Below, piece by piece: positions 35,468-47,600 of a stretch of 64,000 bases of DNA. The DNA comes from Takakia lepidozioides. Its lineage: Eukaryota; Plantae; Bryophyta. Each line of letters opens with the position of its first letter. The stretch's first letter is position 1. The notes under the pieces are model-generated. The model saw only the letters and a program-made list of their open reading frames with translations. It ran no database searches and was not told the DNA's origin. Location: the NCBI GenBank assembly GCA_030704615.1, contig CM060732.1, forward strand, positions 64,666,001-64,730,000, given 5' to 3'. The position numbers and the translations under genes are program-made.

Positions 35468-37370
35468 CTATCCTATCTCTATGTAGAAGTGTCTGAACGT
35501 TACTGGGATCCATTGTGCATTGGTGAATGCACGTGTCTCATTGAGGATCACAAAACATCCTGTGAATGTAGATGTAGTAAATATGTTTGCATGGGACAAA
35601 TTTGTCTCTCTTTCCAATGGAGCTTGATATCGTGTTGTCGAAGTCCGGGCATGTGCAATTTGGAAAATTGCCAATAGTAATCTCATAAGTCCTTTCATGA
35701 AGAACCGATCCCATTGTCACCATACTGTACACCCGCCCATAGCCTGGAGGGGGGACATTCATAATTTCGGTAACCCGGCACTGCAGGGTTCTCGCAGACT
35801 CAATTTTGCACTAGTTATCTGCACCTGCCTCAACACGACGAACCGGTTTTCCATTCCTTTTCATTGGCCAGTCGTTCACATGCGGTGGACGTGTAGGGAA
35901 TGCGGATGGCGTACCACGAGATGATGTTGGTGTTAGGCCTATTGGGCCTCTTGGAAGTCGAAACCCAGCATCCTCCAGCATGTCAATCTCTTGTTTGGAG
36001 AGAGATGTTCCGACCTTGACTGGCCAGACCCAGGGATGGTAGGTTTGTTGATGACTGAATCCCGACAAGTCCCCATCACACAACGCTGAATGTCATTGGG
36101 GCAGAACTAGAACTTGTGAGGTCTAGACTCCCGCGCTGAGTAATATTTGAACAAACCTGTGAATGTCGGTGTTGGAGTCCCGCCAGCGCCTCTGCAAATC
36201 TTACTTGTGCACTTCACAAAAGACAGGGCCCTGATAGCAGAACAACCAACTTTCGATCCTTTCGGAGTCCGTTCTATGTGCCACATTGCATCACCACAAT
36301 CGGTCTCTTCAACCGGCAACAACGTCTGTCCTTCTCCCCGTGCCGGAGCTGTGGCATATGTTGCATCGAAATCTGCAGAAGAACATGCACCCACAGATGG
36401 AGTGGTACATCCGAAATTGGGTGGCACATGCACACGAGGTATGGAGAAATTATCTCTATCATGCCGATATGGGAGTCACTTGCCGATCCTGGAGGGATGT
36501 CCAGTTTGCGCTTGCATGATCCGAATCTCTCATCACCATCCAGATGTGGGAGCCTGGACTGCAAAGGTGTTCCAGTTATGTACTCATTAATAGCCCGCAC
36601 CATTTTTGCAGGATGCTTGCATCTGTTTGCAGCCCTGAGCAACAACTCTACCCTGTCCGGTCCCTTATCAGCACCCCGTGCCCTGAAGAAGTCTCGGTAC
36701 GTTGTTTATTGCGAAAGAGCGCGGATAAGGTCATCTGCAGTTATTACGTAAATGTTCCGACCGTTCTTACCTGATTGCGCCATCCACATACTATAAACAG
36801 TCTCCGCGAGATTGCAGGATGACATATCCGTAATGTCTTCCAGTGACATATTCTGCAGGTAAATCCCACATAGATGTCACTGTTATGTGGAAGAGCGTTC
36901 GAACTGGACTGGACAGCATGGCCGCTGGTGCCTCCTATATATTGCCCTATAGCCGCGGCCATCTGGGTTTTTTTTTTCCCTTTTCGAGGTGGATATGAGC
37001 AATACAACCTTGATAGTACATATGGGGACACACCCCCATATATATAAGAAGAATTGAAAGTCATGGCAGTATGATTCAAACTTACAACGGTCATGAAGGC
37101 ACCCCACTGTCTGTATCTGAAGTGCCAAAAGCCCAACCAGTCTTCCAGCTCTTTGATTCCCTCCAGACTCACCGCCTCAAAGGAGTACCACCATGCTCTG
37201 ATGGTCTGAAACATGGCATTTGCTTCCCTTTCTGTCGTGGCATCTTTGTAAAGATGGCATAGTCGTAGGTGCTCCTCTTGCAACTCCAATTTTATGGAAT
37301 TTTTTGTGGTCGAAGGGACTGGGTCCAATGAAAGAGGCAAATGTGTTCTCGGCCTTGCATTGGCATTTTC
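35468..37370 (-). pseudogene. Mutator-like transposase 3' half with SWIM zinc finger (inverted relative to the 5' half)
   Basis: PMQGREHICLFHWTQSL (CxxH), WLGFWHFRYRQWG, GT-AG intron at 36853-37085, CNLAET (DDE glutamate), SWIM CTCPDF..PCKHIYY. Confidence 0.78.
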
Positions 37371-37935
37371 ATCAGTGTCGTTCATCACTTCTTTGCAAGA
37401 ATAAGTTTGACTGAAAAAAAAAAAAAAAAAAAAAACTGACTTCGTTGCCGGTCTGCAAATCTTGAAGCATTGTAAGTGATGATCGGTGCCAATCATCACT
37501 TCTTTTCATGAAGAAGATTGAATGCAAAAAAACAAAAAAAACCAAAAAAACAAAAACTGACCTCGTTGCCGATCTACAAAATCTTGAAACACTGTAAGTG
37601 ATCATCACTTCTTTGGGGGAAAATGATTGACTGAAGAAAAAAAAAAAAAAAAAAAACTCGTTGCCGATCTGCAAAATCTGGAAGCACTATAAGTGATGAT
37701 CGGTGCCGATCATCATTTTGCAGGAACAAGATTGACTGCGGGAAAAAAAAAAAAAAAAAAAAAAAACTGACCTCGATGCCAATCTGAAAAATCTTGAAGC
37801 ACTGTAAGCATCGATCATCACTTCTTTGCAGGAATAAGAGTGACTGCTAAAAATAATAATAAAAAAACAAAAAAAACTAACTTCGTTGCCGATCTGCAAA
37901 ATCATGAAGTACTGTAAGTGATGATCGGTGCCGTC
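37371..37935 (+). repeat. Tandem array of ~5 units (~105-125 bp) with a hairpin and a variable poly(A) tract
   Basis: Unit: CACTGTAAGTGATGATCGGTGCCGATCATCACTTCTTTGCAGGAA..GACTG(A)nCTGACCTCGTTGCCGATCTGCAAAATCTTGAAG. Confidence 0.88.
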
Positions 37936-38189
37936 GAACTTGTTTCTGCGGTTAAGGGTGCTCTTCCGCGGAAATACACTCTGCTTCTTCCTTTTATTTC
38001 AACTGATTATGTAAAAACTATTATTATATTAATTTAATACAAATTTGAATTATGTATGTTTTTTATAGTGACGCGCGATGACGTGGAGTGAGCCCGGTGA
38101 CATGGCGTGGGCGCAAGGTGACGTGGCGTGAGCCCAACTGCGCTCACACGACCAGGCTCACGCCGACGCATCCCTGCATTTCCTTTTGA

Positions 38190-40720
38190 GTCTGGCGATG
38201 ATGGGAGTGAATTTTTGCTAGTCTGTAAGCTGAATATCAAAGGGATACCCAGCAACGTTGTGGTTTCTCTAGGTTTCAGCCAGGTAAGGCCATTGTTTAC
38301 CCCCAAGGTTGGAGGGGTATCCAGAGTAGAAACAAAGAGGTCGATCACCAAGCAGCAACGCAGATGTTCTGCCCCAGTTGACCTTAAAGCCATAGGCCCG
38401 ACAGAAGGAGTTGAGGATATGCCCTGCTCCTACAAATTGCGATGGGTAGCTTGTAGCATCAAAAAAGTATCATCAACAAACATTGAATATTTAACTTGGG
38501 TAGGCTGTCTGGTTATGTAGTTTGAGATGCTAAGTCCTGCTATTCAATGGTTCTGTTGCATCATGTAACCAAGTGCGTCAGCCACCACCAAGTATAAAAA
38601 TGGCGCCAGAGGCCAGCCTCGGTGGACCAACCTTTGCAGCTGAAAAGAGGGCGAAGGTGACTGTTGATGATGATCCTACTTGAAGAAGTAGTTAGCAGAA
38701 ATTTGACCCAGTTACAGAAGCCCTGGGGAAATCCAATTTTGGCTAGGGCTCCCAGCAAGAAGGACCATTCAACCCTATCGAAAGCTTTCTCAAAGTCGAG
38801 GCAGTGTTTCCGGTGAGTGTGAGCAGAAGAGGAATAATATTCAAAATTTGAGAACATTCCCTTAATTCTATGCCTGAACTTAACCCGAACCTCGTAGTTC
38901 CGCGCGGAACTACGAATTCATGCAGGAAATGCTAAATCGGCGGACATAGAACATACGACAGTTCCGCGGAACTGTCGATTTGCCACAAAAATATTCAACA
39001 TGCACCCAAACACTCAATGCTAGAAAAGGTCTTCTTGATATATTCGAATATTCTTGGAATATTCTCGATATATTTGTACATTCATAAAATATACTTGACA
39101 TATTCCGGATATTCATAGGATATTCCTGGTATATTCGGATATTCTCTATGATATCTTTTTGCTAGTATTAATGGGAATTCCAACAAATATTTTTGGAATA
39201 TTCTAGGAATATTTTTGGACTGAGCCTTACCCGAGCTAGGCGCTCACCCCTCACACTCATGACTTATCCGCCCCCCTCAAAGTGTAGGAGAATCAGTGCA
39301 ATTGTCTGATTTGTCTCCAAGGCGAGGTGAGGAATCTCTTGGGCAAGCAAAAGGTTATCCAGGATGTACCTACCTTTGATAAAACTAATCTGATTGGGAC
39401 GGATGAGAGAGGCCAGTAGGGGTTGAACTCTCAGAGCCAACGCTTTTGCTGTTATTTTGTAAACCACATTGAGGAGGGTTATGCGGCGGTAGTTGGAGAT
39501 GTTGGTTCTCTCCCATTTTTTAAAGAATAAGGTAATGACTCCCTCTAACATGGATGCAGACATATATTGATGAAAGAAAATGTGATTGGCCATAGATGTA
39601 AAATCATCAGCTATTTCTGACCATAGAGCTTTGTAGAACTCAAATGTCAAGCCATCAATTCCTGGAGATTTGTGATTCTGTAGTTTGGAGAGAGCCTCTT
39701 CCAGTTCCATCTCTGAAAACTCTCCTTCCAAGCTGGAAGCTGACTGATGAGAGATGACAGTTGGGGTATGAGAAAGGCACGTTTCCTGGAATGCTGACGG
39801 GGAAAGGCTGTTGAGGTCACTGCGAAACAGATGCTGGAAGTGGACAGAAGCCAAGTAGCCATGTCTTTTGGACTGGTGGCAGAGTGCTGAGAGGACTGAT
39901 CCACTAGTTCAAGAGATGTGTTGAGATGCTCTCATTTGTCTTGTTTTGTCAAAGAAGTACTTTGACGTTTTTTCCCCCTTCGTGGACCAATTGATCCTAG
40001 CTTGAAGCTTCCATTTTCTTTCTTGGATTTTGAAATGAATGTCGAGATTGTTCTTGGCTTCAACGTAAGTTTGATACATATGATCATCACAGCGGGGCGA
40101 ATCCAGTCTAATCTGGTAGACTTTGAGGCACTTTGCGAGAACTGCCACTTTCATTTTTCTAATGGCTGCTAAGGTACGACTCATTCGCTGACTCTCCACA
40201 TTGCTGCTCTAATCTTTGCCAGGAACCTCTTGGTTGGATTTTGGGAGGGGAGACCTGCCCTTTTCCAAGCTTCAAGAAGACCTTGCTTATAAGTCGGGAG
40301 TTTGAGGAGCAGGCTCTTGAGCTTGTAAAGCCCTCTTCCCCTTCGCTGGGCCAGTGGAAAGGTAATGGAGAGAGAGATGGGAGCATGGTCGAAACCCATT
40401 GGGATAGGCTGTGCTGGAAACGTTTTGCTTGCAGAACCAAGTCAAAGGTCACATAGGCTCTGTCTAGCCTGGCGATGTGGAGGAATTGAAGCGCTATGTT
40501 GTTAGTCCAAGTAAAGGAAAGATCCATAGATTGATGGGAGATTGGGGCGACCTCCGTGATGCCACATGTCCATCTCTTCTGAGTTGGGGTATACAAACCA
40601 GTGCCTCTCCTGTCACTGTGAGATTCTACCATGTTAAAATCACCCGTGCAGTCGAGGATAAAATAAACTCTTTGGCAAATAGATGCAGTCAATTGGGAGG
40701 GAAAGAATAGGGACAGGATG
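38190..40720 (-). mobile_element. Degenerate L1/Tx1-like LINE ORF2 (endonuclease end plus reverse transcriptase)
   Basis: GDFNMVE, ARLDRAYV, DHAPI, KGEKTSKYFF, KSPGIDGLTFEFYK, NYRRITLLNVVYKI, LDFEKAFDRVEW. Confidence 0.9.
38802..39275. mobile_element. Non-coding insertion interrupting the LINE RT, with ATATTC-rich repeats
   Basis: Splits ALILL from DFEKAFDRV. Flanked by CTCAAAGTCGAGG (38789-38801) and CTCAAAGTGTAGG (39276-39288). Confidence 0.65.
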
Positions 40721-41371
40721 AGAGGAATTTTGATACCTCAGGGAAAAGAACAGTAGACAGAAAAGGGAAAAGAAATCTCGATTACCTTTCTCATTCATGA
40801 GGCCTTACATCCGGCATACTTCATGGGGACATCCGGAGAAGCAACATTTTAGTATTGGATGAAGGACGTCGGGAAGATCGTTTTATTGATTTCGAGTTTT
40901 CTCGGGACATCAAGAGCTCTGAAGATTGCAAGAGAGAGCATGCAGAGTTGCAGCACATTCTTGGTTAATCCAACTAGAGGTGGAAGTTTCTGCCAACAGT
41001 TTTTCGTTGAAGGTGCGGTTGATCAGAAGTTCCCTTTCTGTGTATAAAATAAAATAAAATAAAAGTAGCATATTTTATTATTTTATTTGATATTATGTAT
41101 TTGTATGTATTTCGGGCAAGCCGCGGTAATCTGGGGTTGAAGGGCCACCTCGTTCGGAAACTCCGCCGCGCGGTAAACGGAGTGTGTAACCGCGCGAGTG
41201 TGAAACCGAGGGTGCACGAGTGCGGGTCGGGAAGGAAGATGCGGAGGTGCATCGATCGGCGGGGAAGCAGGAGGAGGAGGAGGATCAGCGAGGAGAGTGG
41301 TGTGGGGATCAGTGAGATATTGTGTTGCGATCGGTTTGGTGTGGAGGCTGGAAGAGCGTGGAAGATTGGGA

Positions 41372-44300
41372 ATGGAAGCGCCTCCGTTGCTGCAGCATCC
41401 GTATCCTGTAATGCATTCCCAGCTCCAGCCTCAGCCTCAGCATCAGCAATTACAGCAGCCGCCGTTGCAAGTACATGGCCAGCAGCAGCAAATACAGCAG
41501 GATGGCTACGCTCCCCCGTTGTTACAGCCCCCCGCGAACAGCTTCAACACTAGCACCCCGTCGTTGATAGGCCAAAAGCGTGACATTTCTGGCATTCCTT
41601 TGGCGCAGCCTTCACAAGGTCCTTATCGCTCTTAGGTTTCTGTATGTGTTTTTAGAGAGATTCGGAGTGAGATGCTACCTTGCCTTCTTCTGTGAGATTG
41701 TTCGATGAGTGTTGGATCTTTCGGTGCTCTCCGTTGTTTCTACGTGTGTATGCATGCTTTTCGAGACATGGAAGTTCGTTTTCGGTGGCGAGACTGTGTG
41801 GTCTACTTTATACGTGTTTGCAAGTTTTTCTTTTACAACACCCTTGGAACGACAGTCTCGGAGACCCTCAGCTTTTTACTGGGGATCACTGTTTACAGTC
41901 CAAGATTTCTGCTAATGATTTCCCGCCGAGTAAACTATATAAATGCAACCATGCCACATATGTTGAGCTACAATGTGCTCAGTAGATTAGTTCAACTTTG
42001 AATATGACAGTGGGAGATCAAGTGGTTATTTCCAAATTCCTCTTTTCCTAAACCCTAGGCAGAGAAAAAACCATTGTTTGGTCTCCTATGATGTGCTGGT
42101 TGTGAGGTCTTTATGGATATCAATTGCAAGCTTTGGGTACAGTTATTATCCGGGGTCTCTAAGCATACTGCTGTCTTGACAGGAAGTTTTTTCTTGCTCA
42201 ATGTATTTGTTTTGTATCTGCAAGAGCTTGGCAAATTAGTGTTGGAAACTTCATATGCAGATTCTGCAGATGGGGGAAGCTTTGTAAAACTTTTTGTTGG
42301 ATCTGTGCCGAGAACCATCACAGAGGAGGAGGTAATACTTCCTCCTTACATCACTATCCGGAGACATAAACAAGGGCTTCATCATTGAAAGCAATTGGAA
42401 GAGTGTCGTACTTGGGAAAGATTGGAGGATTTGCCTAATGTCATGCAGATATCAGTTTGCTTGGCACACTTACTGTGAATTGAAGTTGAGGTAGACAAGT
42501 TAGAGTCATTCTGAATAGTAGCAGGTTTTCTCTTCGGGTAATGATATGCTTACTCCAAGGAGAACACACTTGTGGGACGTAAGTGTTTATTTAAGCAACA
42601 ATGATGAACTAGCAGGAAGTTATTGTAGTTGTCAGTGAGATTGATTCTTTTATTGATGTCACAGGTGCGGCCAATGTTTGCGGAGCATGGCAATATACTT
42701 GAAGTAGCAATTATCAAGGACAAAAAGACTGGAAGCCAACAAGGTTCGTCTCTAGCTGCTTGTTTGTGATATTTCTATAGAAGCATATTGTAGTTGCAGT
42801 TATCTTTGAAAGCGTTCTGTTGGCAGGGGTCTTCAGCGGTGACTAAATTTTGAGCAGGACTGTCCAGTATTCCCTATACATTGACCTTTAAGGAAGCTTG
42901 TAAGGCTAATGGGGTTGACTACTAAAGAAACACACTTGAGAGAAGAAGAGGAATAACATATTACGTCAACAGGAGGCCAGAGGGCCTATGGGTCTCAGTG
43001 GAGGGTCTGTGAGTGAGAGAATGAGAGAAAGTAGGTTTAGGATACACTTCCAGTTTGGGTGAAGTAGTGCAGCATAGGTCAATTGTTTTTAGAATTTAGA
43101 ATCCGATCTTGTAGTACTAGGGAACTCTTATAGTTTTCATCCACAATGGATCAATGTTCTTTAGAATTCTGGGAAACTTATACTTCACCTATGAATGTTA
43201 TTTATTCTTATGAATGGCCCCAGTCCCATTTTTAATCATTCAGATGAAATCGTGTGTCCAGTGTGGAGGGTTTGTTTGGTGGTGTCTCTCCCTAAGCGTC
43301 TTTGGGTGTATGTTTTGTTTGCGTGGTTGGATTTAAGTGGAGTTTGGATCAGACCAGCGTGAATGATGAAAAACAATGTGTTTTGCATTATAGTGAAGCA
43401 GTCTACTAGGGCATCATTACGGTGCATCTCTTTCTCGTGATGTTGGGCATGGAAAGTGTCGATGTCAATATACCCTAAGGTTTGTGGTGAAACGGGCTCA
43501 CATGGATATGCAATGTCGCTTTATGGATGGCAATGGTTTAGCCATGCTAATTGAGGGGGTCCATGCTCGCTCAATCGATTTGTCCACAGATCACTGCTTG
43601 ATCAAGACCCCCTTCAGCGATGCTCCTGCCTAGACTTTAGCCTTCCGTTTTCACTTGGTAGGAGGTTCACACCACACGGACAAGATACGATTCGCAGAAT
43701 GTCACTGAGCAGACGTGGCCCTGGGCTCAGATCTATGAAAAGGTGCCAGGTGGCGTGCCTCATCATACACGCCGGGCCACAAAAGCTCCTGTGAGTGAGT
43801 ATTGCTAGTGTGTCTCATGTGGCACCAGTATGTGTGCAATCTCACACATGGTTCCTCGCAAGTGGAGTGCTGCTATCTTGGACATGACATTGAATGTGTG
43901 AGGTTATATCCACATTGCTAGTATCTGGACAGATAGAGCTGAGAGGGCAGGCTGCTCACCTTGAATGATTGAATGCAGACCCTTATGAGTTTCTTGATCT
44001 TAGGTGTCTCGTATGTCTCAAGGCTGTCAGTTGGACAACTTCAATTCTATGGATGTGTCAAGGCTGCCTCAGTGGAAATTTTATAGGCTAGATTGGTGGT
44101 ATCTTAGTTGAATGACGTTGCCCTCCCCCTTTCCAGCTTAATGTATGAGATATAAATGATGATTGAGTTTTGGTCGACGTTGCATGAATCTCTCTTATCA
44201 GACCGTTGTGAGTGATGAACTTGAAATCCCTCTTTTGGTGTTGTTTGGGAGAAAAGTGTCATGCTTGAATGGTTTCACCTGTAGAGATGGAAGCTCTTTG

Positions 44301-44569
44301 GTGGATTTCTCTCACCTGGTTGTGGCCCTACATTAATCAGCTTCCTCATTGTACTATACAGACCAAACTTGGATGCATGTCGCATACTGCTATAAATCTC
44401 TTGGTTGTGCTTTATCTTAATTTAGTGCCATGGCTGCCCCTTAATACCTCAACATGGTGTAGTGGGTGCTTCACACTGGTTCAAATGACTCTGGCAGTTA
44501 GTTGGATTTATTTCTGAATTTCAAATGTAAGGGTGACGGAGGAAAATGAAGCCCTGGATTTTGTGGGTG

Positions 44570-44602
<33 letters not shown>

Positions 44603-47600
44603 CTTTCTGTCCTTCATCACAACCCATGGCTTAGGCTTGCAGCTCTACCAGAGCTTATGTGTGGTTGATGAAGGCTCTTAGCATTTGATTGGAGGTTTTT
44701 TGTGATGAAAGCTAGTCTATGATGGTGGTTCTGTGCAGGTTGTTGTTTCATCAAATACAGCACTGTTGATGAGGCAGAGAGGGCCATAAGGGCACTCAAC
44801 AATCAACGCACTTTACCAGGGGTATCGCCTTTGCTACTGCATCTTTCATCCCGATTGTTGATTGTTTCCTCATATACACCTACAAAAAAATGTAGACAAT
44901 GTCCAGGTCAACAAGGTTAGATCTTTCAAAGCGTCAATATCAGGCATTGCCTGAGTTCTCAGAAGGGCCACTCATTGTATGCCATCTCCAACTAGTTGAG
45001 GCTGCCCAGGAATAGGCAACAGTCAGATAACCCTGTAGGGTTTGGAATTCCTTGGGTGCCTGGTTGATCTTCCCAGGTTGAAACTTTGGTTCTCTGAACT
45101 TACGATTGTCACCTTTATTGCAATGCTTCTCACCAGGGCACAGCTCCAGTGCAAGTTCGTTATGCGGATGGAGAGCGTGAGCGCCTTGGTAGTGGTCCTG
45201 CATTGCCTTTCTGTAAGAATGGGGTATTTGATGCTGGTTGTCAGTAAGCACAACTTCTGGATTTCCTGGAAAGGCAGAAGCACTGTTGGTGTCTTTTGGT
45301 TAGAAAAACCTGTGAAAACTATTCCTTTTTGTGATGGGAAGTTCTTCCACCATGTGTGGGACTTGAATTACTCTTGGGAAGATATTGATTCTCAGTCTTT
45401 TCCTGTCCATGAGTACATGGAGGTTGTTGCCTGTTTTCAAGTCTGGCCTGAAAACTTGCCTTCCCACGACTTTGTTGTCTCATTGAATGTCAAGTGGCTA
45501 AAAGCCTTCAAAGGTGGCACTTTGCATGCATTATTCTCTTGCTTTCATTGCAAGCAGTCGTAGTCTAGCTTGATTTTCTAAGGTCTAGCTGTAAGACAAG
45601 TTGATGTATGGTGCACATGGTCATTGGACAATATATGGCAGGTGCGGTGGAGCATAAGTTGTTCGTTGGGTCTCTCAACAAGCAAGCCTCTGAGAAGGAG
45701 ATAGAAGATGTGAGTAATGACATCATCGCATTACTCTTGAAGAAAAGCTACATCTGAAAGGCGTAGTTTCTCCTTAACAAAGTCCACTTTGTTGGGCTTT
45801 CTGACATGGTTCTAGTTTGTCTTTTGCCAACGAAACTGAGAATAAACAATGTTGATAATGATGAAGTGAATACAATAGACATCGCAATTTGTTTTTCATA
45901 TGAATGTTATCTATGATACTTAACAAACTGAATAGTCTTCTGTGGCTCCAAGGCAACGTTGGTATGTTCTTTCTGTCACATTGATAGAGAACAGAGCTTT
46001 ATGATACTGCGTGTGTGCTGTTGTACCCTTTCTCCTTGCCCTGGTTTCTGAAGGAGAGTGCTGCTTGTGTTGGGATCAGCTTTTCTCTCCATATGGCCGT
46101 GTCGACGATGTTTACATCATGCGTGATGAGCAGAAACAGAGCAGAGGTCTGCCAAAAGAAACTTGTGTTGTTGCTGGCACTTTTGCTTACTACTTACATC
46201 ACTTGTAGACTAGAACTACCTCTTGAAGAGTTTGGTGAGTATGTTTAAACTTTGTTTCAACAAAGCTGGAGACGTCATCACCTAAGTTTCCCTCTGTTGC
46301 AAGTTTTGACTTATCTAGAGATGAATGCAGGTTGTGCATTCATTAAGTATCCCTCGAGAGAAATGGCACAAGCAGCCATCAATTCCCTGAATGGCATCCA
46401 TCACATGCAAGTGAGTGCCTTTAGCATGAATATCAGTTAACTAACACTTTAAGGATTCTTTTTTATACTCGTGAGCCTCTTCCACTCCATTAGCGAGGGT
46501 ACCACCATGTTTTGGTAGTTACATTCTGTTGGGAAGGAAGCTTTGAAGTTCTCTTTAGTTAAGCTGATAGGTTTTTGAAGTGGAAGTGATTGTATAATAT
46601 AAACCAAGGTATGCATATACTCTACTTATTATCATAGAAACAAAATGTATCTTCCAGGTAGTAGCTATTCCGTGTCAATGGGAGTTATCTATGTTTGCTT
46701 CAGAGAAACACTATTTTTCAAGCTGTCATACTCGTGCATTTGCAGGGTTGTGATCAGCCATTGGCTGTACGGTTTGCAGACCCCAAGAGACCTAAAGGGG
46801 TTGATGCCAGGTCTGTCTTCACCGTTCTTGTGTTTGAACCCAAGGTGCTAGTGTTTGTTGTGTTCTGTGTGAATGACAACCACAAAGCCTTCGATATGTC
46901 ACTCATTTCTGTGCCACCTTTCTGTGCCGACATCATCCTAAGTAGCAACTATCTTGGTGTGATATGGCAATACAGGGTTGGTGGACCTGGTTTTGGAGGC
47001 CCAGGCTTTAGTCCACGACCAGGGCAAGGATCACAGGGACCTAGGTGTGTGTCTTTGTCAATAAGCTTTTTGTTTGTGTATGTATTAAAAACTTTCAATT
47101 GTAACCTTGGTGGTTTTTCTCTAGCTACGATCTAGTAGCTTTGTTAATCCGGTTTCCACTTTATTACTTGATAGAGTGATTGGTGTTTTATTCCCGAGTC
47201 TGATACATGTTGATCTCTGCTTACAATGTTGTTTGCAATTGTGACTAGACAAATGCAGGGGCAGATAGGACAGATGCCTGCTCGTGGTCCGCCCGTGGGC
47301 TGGCGACCAATGGGAGGACCCGGGTTGGGGCCTCCACTTCAAGCTGGTTCAACACCATATGGTGCCCCTTTGGGTCCAAGGGGCGGCCCTGTTACTGGTG
47401 TCCCACAGATGGTACGAATTCAACTCCAAGGCTTTGTTTAACAGATTGTGGCTTCTCAAAGAAGATTAGCGGGGCAGAGAGCAGAGAGAACTGTGTTCAT
47501 GGCTGCAGGTGATGTTTGGCACTGGTGCTGACCTACTTCCCTTAAGTCAGCACCATCGCAATAGATTTCTAGGTCCCATTGAAACTGTGGACTGTCCAGA

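Noticed and set aside
37371-37935. CRISPR-like array (palindromic repeats at regular spacing)
   Set aside because: The inter-hairpin sequences are copies of each other rather than unique spacers, there are no cas genes, and the context is eukaryotic.
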